64,000 nt of DNA from Eledone cirrhosa (lineage: Eukaryota): NCBI GenBank assembly GCA_964016885.1, contig OZ024741.1, positions 330,708,001 to 330,772,000 of the forward strand, given 5' to 3'. Positions 54,368 through 64,000 of this stretch are shown here, one piece after another. The notes below the pieces were generated by a model. That model was not told the origin of the DNA. It saw only the letters and a list, made by a program, of their open reading frames with translations, and did no database searches. Positions within the stretch are counted from its first letter, which is position 1, and the number at the start of each line of letters is the position of its first letter. Made by a program: the position numbers and the translations under genes.

Positions 54368-55621
54368 GGATACAGTATACCTATTGTAAACCAGATGCAT
54401 ATTGGGATACAGTGTTCCTATTTTAAACCAGATTCACACTGGGATACAGTGTGCCTATTCTAAACTAAATACACACAAGGATACAGTGTGCCTATTCTAA
54501 ACCAGATTCACACTGGGATACAGTGTGCCTATTCTAAACCAGATTCACACTGGGATACAGTGTGCCTATTCTAAACTAGATACACACAAGGATACAGTGT
54601 GCCTATTCTAAATCAGATTCACACTGGGATATAGTGTGCCTATTCTAAATCAGATTCACACTGGAATACAGTGTGCCTATTCTAAACTAAATACACACAA
54701 GGATACAGTGTGCCTATTCTAAACCAGATTCACACTGGAATACAGTGTGCCTATTCTAAATCAGATTCACACTGGGATACAGTGTGCCTATTCTAAACCA
54801 GATTCACACTGCGATACAGTGTGCCTATTCTAAACTAAATACACACACGGATACAGTGTGCCTATTCTAAACCAGATTCACACTGGGATACAGTGTGCCT
54901 ATTCTAAACTAGATACACACAAGGATACAGTGTGCCTATTCTAAATCAGATTCACACTGGGATATAGTGTGCCTATTCTAAATCAGATTCACACTGGGAT
55001 ACAGTGTGCCTATTCTAAACTAAATACACACAAGGATACAGTGTGCCTATTCTAAACCAGATTCACACTGGAATACAGTGTGCCTATTCTAAATCAGATT
55101 CACACTGGGATACAGTGTGCCTATTCTAAACCAGATTCACACTGCGATACAGTGTGCCTATTCTAAACTAAATACACACACGGATACAGTGTGCCTATTC
55201 TAAACCAGATTCACACTGGGATACAGTGTGCCTATTCTAAACTAGATACACACAAGGATACAGTGTGCCTATTCTAAATCAGATTCACACTAGGATACAG
55301 TGTGCCTATTCTAAATCAGATTCACACTGGGATACAGTGTGCCTATTCTAAATCAGATTCACACTGGGATACAGTGTGCCTATTCTAAACTAGATACACA
55401 CAAGGATAGTGTGCCTATTCTAAACCAGATTCACACTGGGATACAGTGTGCCTATTCTAAATCAGATTCACACTGGGATACAGTGTGCCTATTCTAAATC
55501 AGATTCATACTGGGATACAGTGTGCCTATTCTAAACCAGATTCACACTGGAATACAGTGTGCCTATTCTAAACCAGATTCACACTGGAATACAGTGTGCC
55601 TATTCTAAACCAGATACACAC
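54368..55621. repeat. 37-bp minisatellite, about 34 copies
   Basis: GGATACAGTGTGCCTATTCTAAACCAGATTCACACTG, period 37. Confidence 0.95.
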
Positions 55622-55691
55622 AGTTAATGATGAAAATAACTAAGGAAAATTTTGTTTGTAATTTTAATATTTTTATCATAATTTTCTCCAG

Positions 55692-55771
55692 GTTCTATTA
55701 AACTGGATGACCAAAACATCAAGTGTTTAAACCTGTCTTCACTTCGACAACAGTTTGGAATTGTTAGTCAG
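55692..55771 (+). CDS. ABCB10: ABCB10 exon 9 (Q-loop)
   Basis: GSIKLDDQNIKCLNLSSLRQQFGIVSQ; 80 nt. Confidence 0.93.
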
Positions 55772-55937
55772 GTAAGTTTAACTTTTAATGTCCTGAACCA
55801 CATTAGCAAGCTGAAGTGAGATTCACATTGGAATACATACAGCCCACCATTCTAGGACAGCATTGTTGCAACACAAAAAAACATAGATTGATTTAAAAAA
55901 GGGATGGAGTCATTCTCCAACACACTCTAACCATTAA

Positions 55938-56098
55938 TGTATATTTTCAAGAACCAAATTATACAGAAACCTTCAGTAATACTCTGTATATTTTCAGGAA
56001 CCAAATTATACGGAAACCTTCATTAATACTCCATATATTTTCAGGAACCAAATTATACAGAAACCTTCAGTAATACTCTGTATATTTTCAGGAACCAA
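55938..56098 (+). repeat. 47-bp tandem repeat overlapping the exon 10 acceptor
   Basis: TATATTTTCAGGAACCAAATTATACAGAAACCTTCAGTAATACTCTG, about 3.4 copies. Confidence 0.9.
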
Positions 56099-56272
56099 TT
56101 TTGTTCTCTAACACCATAGCTGAAAACATTGCATATGGTCAACCAGACCCATCCACTGTACCAATGGCTGACATTGAGGAAGCTGCCAAAAAAGCCAACG
56201 CCTACAGTTTTATAAAGAATTTCCCTGATGGATTTCAAACTTTGGTTGGTGAAAGAGGAGTCATGTTGTCTG
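56092..56272 (+). CDS. ABCB10: ABCB10 exon 10
   Basis: [16 protein letters not shown]...[30 protein letters not shown]; 181 nt. Confidence 0.95.
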
Positions 56273-56289
56273 GTGAGTAAAACATATAT

Positions 56290-57072
56290 ATATATATACA
56301 TGGTGTCACTCTCGTATATATAAACACATGGTGTCACTCTCTCATATATATATATGGTGTAACTCTCTCATATATACATGGTATCACTCTCATGTATATA
56401 TATATATATATATCTATATATATATATATATATACAGTTGTCACTCTCATATACACATGGTGTCACTCATATGTACATGGTGACTCTCTCATATATATAT
56501 ATACACATGGTAACTCTCATATATATATATATACATATGGTGACACTCTCTCATATATATACACATGGTGACACTCTCTCATATATATACACATGGTGTC
56601 GCTTTTTCATAGACATAGTGTCACTTTCTCATATACATGGTGACACTCTCTCTCATATATATATATATATATACATGGTGTCACTCACTGATACATGGTA
56701 ACACTCTCATATGTATATATATATGGAGGCACATGGCTTAGTGGCTAGAGCATTGGCCTTGCAATTGAAAGGTTGTGAGTTCAATTCACAGACCGGGTGA
56801 TGTGTTGTTTCCTTGAGCAAGACACTTTATTTCACATTGCTCCAGTTTACTCAGCTGTAGAAATGAGATGATAGGGACTGGGGTCCCTATCATTCCACTG
56901 TAAAGTGGTCGTGGAGGTGCCACAGCAAAAAAGCACCCAGCACTCACTGTAAATGAGGTTGGTGTTAGGAAGGGCATCCAGCTGTAGAAATCAAGCCAGA
57001 ATCAGTTCCTGTCCTACCCCTGCAAGCAGGGAAAAAGCGAATGTAAAATGAAATGATGATGATGATGATGAT

Positions 57073-57104
<32 letters not shown>

Positions 57105-57220
57105 TATACACATGGTGTCACTTTCTCATATATATTCACATGATATCACTCTCTCATATATATACATGTCACTCTCTCACATATATAAACACACATGGTG
57201 TCACTTTCTCATATATATAT
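56290..57220. repeat. CATGGTGTCACTCTCTC(AT)n minisatellite interrupted by a family B SINE (56725-57071)
   Basis: Repeated unit with variable AT runs on both sides of the SINE. Confidence 0.8.
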
Positions 57221-57704
57221 GAGAATATATATCTCTGGTAAGTAAAACAATGTGGGTTTGTTGGCCATATTAGATTCCAGTTGTCACCCTCGTATCATCA
57301 CCACCACCATCATCATCATCACCTTTTAGTGTCTATTTTTAACATTTGCATGGGTTAGCTGAGTTGTCCTATTGTGAGACAAGTCTGATCAGATGACCAT
57401 GTCTTGCCCATACAGAACTGTTTCTTGCCTGGTTTCTACAGCTGGATGCCTTTCCTAATGCCAACTACATTTACAGTGTGGACAGGGTGGTTTTCATAGT
57501 GGCCCCAAAATGACCAACATACAGTTTGGGCCGGGTGCTTTTTCGTTGTGTGTCTTTCATTCTAATTATAGTTTCTATGATGAATTGACAGCATGTGACC
57601 TAGTGGTTATGGTGTTGGACTCTACAATATAAGCTCATGGGTTCCATACCTGGACTGGGCATAGTGTTGAGTTCTTGAGCCAAATGATTCATTTCACATT
57701 ACTT

Positions 57705-58200
57705 TTCATGATAGGACTATGGACCCTATCTTTAAAAAATATGAGAAACCTATGAAATGCAACCTTATAGAAGCCAGCTAAACCTACATAGTTGTGAGCT
57801 GTAACAACAATATAATAGAACTGGGGGCCCTGTCATTAAAATACCTGAGAAACCTACTATGAGATAAACCTCATAGGAAGGCCATTAAACCTACATAGGT
57901 GTGGGCTGCCCGACAACAACATAATAGGACTGGGACATCCCATATCATTAAAACACCTGAGAAACCTCCTATGAGATACAAGCTGTAACAACATGATAGG
58001 ACTGGGGCCCCTATCATTATAATCTCCAAGAACACTCCTATGACATGTGACTTCATAGAAGGCCAGCTAAATCTACATAAGTATACTCTGTAATAATGAT
58101 AGAACTGGGGCCCCTATCATTAAAACATCTAAGAACACTCCTATGAGATGCAACCTCATAGGAGGCCAGCTAAACTTATATAAGTGTAGACAGTAATAAC
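57705..58200 (+). repeat. ~100-bp degenerate tandem repeat (same family as 11200-11460)
   Basis: ATAGGACTGGGGCCCCTATCATTAAAACACCTGAGAAACC...TATGAGAT...GCCAGCTAAA, about five units. Confidence 0.75.
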
Positions 58201-58281
58201 CATCACAACATCTTTTATAGTAAATCAAAGAAACACAAAAGTCTCTTATCTTTGAAATATAATTCTATCTCTCGTTTTAAG

Positions 58282-58325
58282 GTGGACAGCGACAGAGGAT
58301 TGCCATAGCCCGAGCAATACTAAAG
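58282..58325 (+). CDS. ABCB10: ABCB10 exon 11 (ABC signature)
   Basis: (LS)GGQRQRIAIARAILK; 44 nt. Confidence 0.95.
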
Positions 58326-59918
58326 GTAAGCACACATTGTTGTTTTATTCAGATTTCAATATTTTGGTCATGTGTTCTAGACTATCCCATCGGTATCTTG
58401 GACTTTTATTAATCCTTTTGATATCAACCTGAAACTGTCCCTGGTCTTATATGTTGGCTACATGAGGATACTCCATGTTGGGGTTTTTAGTGTAAAATAT
58501 ATATGTCAGAGGTCATATTGCTGTGCTGATGAATAGCATTAGCTGCTGTCATGTAATCTAATGGATGTATTCTTATCTTTATATATTGACAATATGAATT
58601 TAGTATTTTTAATATCCTGTACCATATGAAACCATGTTAGTAAGACATTCTTGAAATGTCCAAACAGCACTATGACTCCATTGTAAGTCTTTATTTTAAT
58701 TAACTGCAAATTTTCATAACCATTTTTTCACTAGTAAAGGTACTATAAACATTTGAATTAACAAACTCCCTTTTAAGATATTTTCTGCTAGAGAATTACA
58801 CGTAGTTAAGAGTTAATTTATACTATTATATAAAACCTTATCAATTAATTGTTATTAGAAATTTAGAAATGCTGAATGGTGAAACAGAGACTGATGTATT
58901 AATGATTGTGCGACACCAACCAAGTGGAATATTTGGGGCACAAGTGGAAACTTTTTTTGTGTTCCAAATACACCACTCGGTTGTTCGTTTCATTTTGTTT
59001 TGAATTGTTTTCATTTCACATTTGAAAAGAGGGTAATAACTCTGAAATATGTTGAAATATACTGGGTAAAACATTACTTGGTTTTGTTTCTCATCCTTTG
59101 CCCTTTATATATTTTTACTGCATTATACCAGCTTTCTGAAACTTATCAGTCATTTATTACATATCTCAAGTTCAGAAAATATGAAGTAGTTCTATAAAGG
59201 ATTTATAAACATTCAATTTTCATCATAGAAAATAAATATTTCACTACATTTTCTTCTTTATAATAAGTGAAACCAGTTAATTTTATAATGAAGAGGTGAA
59301 CAACATTCTCTCTATTTTCTTATGTTTTGTTTGTATAATGGCATAACTTCTCCTGTCTTTGTCTCTACCTGTTTTGTTATGTCCTAATTGCACTAGAATG
59401 AACGGTATCAACCTTAATGCACTGACACCGTAGTGATTTCCAGAAGTTGACTATCTGACTTTCCGTTGTTTTTTTCTATTGTCTTTGTCCTGTGCACCTC
59501 TATTTGAATGTATATATACACACACAGACACAAACATACACACGTGTGTGTTTGTGTGTATAATGTTTTAAATATTTTGGCACAAGGCTAACAATTTTTT
59601 GGGGGAAAGAGAAGTCATATTCATCATCATCATTTAACGTCTATCGTCCAACGATGATGATGATGACTTCTCTTCCCCCCCCCAAAAATTGCTAGCCTTG
59701 AGCTAAAATATTTAAAAACATTATACACACTGGAAGGGATGAAAGACAAAGTTGACCTTGGTAGGATTTGAACTGAGAATATAAAGTACCTGACACTCTA
59801 ATGATGACTCTACTAATCCACCAAGTGAAAGAAAGTGGTTCTGTGTTTGTTGTCTATGTTGGAACAGTTAATATATGTTGACTTCAGAGTTTATCATTGG
59901 ATGTTTTCTCCATTTTAG

Positions 59919-59953
59919 GATCCTCAGATTCTGATTCTTGATGAAGCTACAAG
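59919..59953 (+). CDS. ABCB10: ABCB10 exon 12 (Walker B); terminal exon not found in the window
   Basis: DPQILILDEATS; 35 nt; AG/GT. Confidence 0.94.
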
Positions 59954-60235
59954 GTAAATGATAATCCAATCGCTGAAAATTGGTGACTTTCTGTTTTGTG
60001 TGTGGTTTGCTTTGTTCTTATGTTGAAGATCATAATCATGTCACAGTATGTTTATTATTCAAAAATATATAATAATGCAGCTGGTTCCCTGGACCTCCTT
60101 GAAGGGCTATGGTGATAAAGTTTATATAAAGAATGGTGTGCTCATGCACGGAGATGCTATAAAATAGCTTATAGGGTGAAGACCCTTAAAGGTAGAAAAA
60201 GAAGTTGCCATCAGTCACTATGAGGAATTGAACCC

Positions 60236-63160
60236 CATCATCATCATCATATGTCCATCTTCCACACTAGCATGGGTTTAGATGGGAATTGTCCCACTTG
60301 AGGCAAGGTTGGTCGTCTTGCTCGTATAGGACTGTCTGTCAGGTTTTCTATGGCTGGATGCCCTTCCTAACCCCAACCACATTTACAGTGTGGAACTGGG
60401 AGGTTTTTACCGTGTTACCTACACGGCCACATTACAGCGTGGACTGTGTGTTTTTTTGTCGTGACACCTACACGACCTCATTTGTTTAGGACTGGATGTT
60501 GTGGTACCAACATACCTTTACAGAGAAAGGGTTAGTGTTGATGGGGTAGTGGGATGGGGGTATATTTTTGATTAAGAGGTGCCTACTGACTAGGTTTTGC
60601 TTTGTATTTAGGCAAGGGGGTTTTCTGTATTACTGTGTAGCGCCAAAGATCTCGGTCCAGTGACATTGTCTTGGAGAGGTGTAAGTGTGTAAGGTCGGAA
60701 TTTATCAAAGTGTCCCAGGTTTTTCTGGGTCTGCCTACTCCGTAACTTCCGTCAATTTTGATCACCAGCACTTTTTTATACAGCTGTCGTCTTTCATGCG
60801 CATCACGTGACCATACCAACGTAGTCTTCTCTCGAGTAAACAGCATCTGATCCCTCTTATACCTAATTTCTCACTTAGTTCATTTATGCTTTGCCGTTCA
60901 CGTATATTATTATTACACATCCAACGGAGCATGCACGCTTCGTTCCTCTCCAGTCTGCGCAGATCCTCTGTACACAATGCCCATGTCTCAGTGCCATGTA
61001 ACACAGCTGTTCATATGCAGGCATCATACAGTCTGCCTTTCATTTTTAGAGAGAAACCTTTAGGGGCCAATAGTGGTATAAGCTCTCTGAACTTTTTCCA
61101 TCCCGTTCTGACACTGGCTACTGTACTTTCAGAGCACCCTCCACCACTGCTGATTTTGTCACCCAGGTAACGGAAGGCATCCACTATTTCTATAGAGCCA
61201 TCTGGGTAATAGAAGGAGCTAGTATCCTGTGGGCACTTGCTACTTATTGCACCTGAGCACCGGTCACATATAAAATCTACGTTCTTAGATAGCTTACCTG
61301 TGATCGCACTACATCTTTTATGCACCCATACTTTGCATTTGGGATATAAAATGGAGTTTCTACCTACTCCTTTCCTACACACTGAGCATGGCCATTTCCC
61401 AGATGGCACCTGTGCCCTATTTTCCTTCCTACATACTAGAACTTTAGTCTTAGACAAGTTAACTTTAAGGCCTTTTGATTCTAGGCCATGCTTCCATGTT
61501 TGGAATTTCTTCTCTAGTTCAGCCATCGATTCAGCTATGAGCGTTAGATCATCTGCATAGAGAAGCTCCCATGGACGGCCGGTCTTGAACTCCTCTGGTA
61601 TAGCCTGAAGGGCAATAATAAATAGGAGGGGGCTAAGAATAGAGCCCTGATGAACACCAACTTTTACACTAAATTCTTCACTATATTCGCTGTTAATTCT
61701 AACCTTGTTAACTGTTTCTGTTATACATGGCTTGTATAGCTCTCACAAGCCATTCATCAACCCCTAGTTTTCTAAGGGCACACCAGATAATGGCGCGGGG
61801 GACTCTGTCAAATGCTTTCTCCAAGTCAACAAAAGCTAAAAGTATAGGGGTTTACTTTTAGCTAGGTACTTGTCTTGCAGTTGTCGTACAAGGAAAAGGG
61901 CGTCTGTGGTACTTTTACCTGACACAAACCCAAACTGCATTTCGTCTAGATCAATTCGCTCTCTGATTAGTTGCGCTATAACTTTTTCTGTGACCTTCAC
62001 GACCTGGTCAATTAATTTAATGTTCTATAGTTTCCCCTATCTAGTACATCTCCTTTACCCTTGTAGCAGTTAATGATGATGCTGCTACGCCAGTCATTTG
62101 GTATGACCTGGTTTACTATCCGAGTGACCAGTGTGTCCCACCATTCCAGATGCTTTCAGCATTTCAGCAACTATCACCGAAGGCCCAGCTGCCTTGCCAG
62201 TCTTCATATCTTTGATTGCCTTACTTACTATGCTACCTTCAACTTGCACTGCTGGTCCCTCTATTGGATCGTTGTGGGGCAGATCTTTTTCCCATTTATT
62301 CTCCTCATTTAGTAGCCTCTCGTAGTGACACTTCCAAGCTACCTTCTTATCAGCATCAGTGATTGCAAGTACACCATCATCATTACGGACACACTTCTCC
62401 CCGACAATATCACTGTTTTCCTTGACACATTACCTAGCAATCCTGAACTCCTCACGTAGAACATGCTTGAACTTTCTTTCCTCTGCTTCCCTTCTTGCAA
62501 AGTACACTTCACTCCTGGCCACTTGATAGTGTTCTCTATTTCCCCCATCCCGCCATACTTTCCAAGCTTGCTTTTTGGCCTTGATTGACTCCTCCACCTT
62601 ACTGTTCCACCACCATGTTACTCTCCTCCTGCCTATAGGTCTGCTCCAGCCACAGATTTCATCTGTCGCCTTCAGCAGGTTAACTTTCAGGAATTCCCAC
62701 TGTTCTTCTATACTGTACATCTCTAATTGCTCTTCCTTACTGTCAAAAGCATCAAGTAATATGCTTTTAAATTTGTTACTGGCTGTGGGGTCCTTTAACT
62801 TCCATATTCTTCTCCTTAGGGTAGTACTCCTCTGTTGTCGAGTACGTCTCGTCCTGACTATGAGGCTATGTTGGGAGGTGCATTCTTCATGGGGGAGGGA
62901 TTTAGTGTTTACAACAGACTCTCTGTCACATCTTCTGGTAAGGACTGACTGGTGTGTTCCCCTGATCTATAGGTGATCAAGTGATTGTCTCGTTTTTTGA
63001 AGTTTGTGTTACAGGTAGTTAGGTTATTAGCGTCACAGAATTCCAGGATTCTGGAGCCATCCTCATTTTTAGTACCAAACCCATCGCCTCCATGGATTCC
63101 GTCATAGCCGTCACAATGTTGTCCAACATGACCATTTAGGTCGCCGACAATAATTATGTG
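60236..63160 (-). mobile_element. Longest RTE-clade LINE copy (APE endonuclease C-half, RT and 3'UTR), degenerate
   Basis: IIVGDLNGHVG...ILEFCDANNL (APE), WWWNSKVEESIKAKK, QFGF, LLYADD, LHGTETW; (CAT)n tail. Confidence 0.92.
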
Positions 63161-64000
63161 TTATCTGCAAAATCTATTAAAGCTATCAGCTTATTTTGCT
63201 CCAGTACTGAGTGAATAAATGTTACTGAAGATGTATAAAAATACTGAAATACAAGGGTTTAGCATTCTCACATGACTACTGAGATAGCTGTGACATGATT
63301 ACAGCTTAAAATACTTATGGTCACATTTGTGTTGCATTATCATCATCATAGTTTAACATCTGTCTTCCCTGATAGGTAGGGTTGGATAGGTTTTCATAGA
63401 CCATGTCAGTACTCAAATGAAGCTGCTGACCTCTTAGATAAGTTGGGGGACCTATATTTAGCTTACATATGTTTCTGTGCTCTACTGAGTGCATTTTATC
63501 TGGGCACCAACAGTAGGGAGGTTGTCATGTCTTTGACACAGCTGAAAAGTCTTTCCAAACTTTTTTTTGGCAGGTTTTTTTTTTTATCACAAATTACTTT
63601 ACATAGTGTGCTGGGTGCATTTATCATGTAAATCACCAACACTTGAGAGGTCATGTCTTTGACCCAAAAGAAGGGTCCAAATCCTTTGTTTATCAGGCTT
63701 TCTATAGCTAGATGCCTTTCCTAACACCAACCACTTTACAGTATGTACTGTTTGTTATATATAAACATATTGTAGTATATACTTTCATATACACCTAAGC
63801 ATGGAAAAGCAGATGAACTATGAAGGAATGATGCTAAAGTTGTGAAATCTTGCATGCATTAATTCCAACTCTTCTTATTAATAACTGCAATGTTTCTTTC
63901 CAAGGACTATGTTGAAAAAAATAAACCTCATTTGGTCATTCCATGAGAATATCATAGTCAGCCTATGAACCTTTCAGCCAACCCTCGGTTATATTTTTGT

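Noticed and set aside
54368-55621. CRISPR-like look of the constant+variable 37-bp array
   Set aside because: Variable parts are a few recurring point variants, not unique spacers; eukaryotic intron and no cas genes.
59954-64000. Final ABCB10 exon (ALD...H-loop)
   Set aside because: No matching coding sequence seen; the region is RTE and other repeats, so the exon is presumed to lie beyond the window.

Overview
Eukaryotic, AT-rich, repeat-dense genomic DNA. The repeat landscape suggests a mollusc, probably an octopus; that is an inference. Two host genes lie head to head about 17 kb apart. On the - strand are the first two coding exons of a VIP36/LMAN2-family lectin (21578-21710, 10887-11002). 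On the + strand are 12 coding exons of the mitochondrial ABC half-transporter ABCB10 (38944-59953); its last exon lies beyond the window. The rest is (TA/CA)n microsatellite, RTE, CRE, Tx1-like and CR1-like LINE fragments, tRNA-derived SINEs, hAT and mariner-type elements, and minisatellites. The most striking signal is non-coding. A 5.9-copy array of an apparently identical 310-bp unit (218-2043) carries one type I hammerhead ribozyme motif per unit, which is the architecture of a non-LTR retrozyme (circular-RNA retroelement). Other unrelated hammerhead-bearing, Penelope-like footprints also sit in (TA)n tracts. These include a 350-bp spacerless palindrome with a hammerhead on each strand (28841-29190) and a minimal hammerhead in ABCB10 intron 1. 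All ribozyme calls are from manual folding and none is tested.
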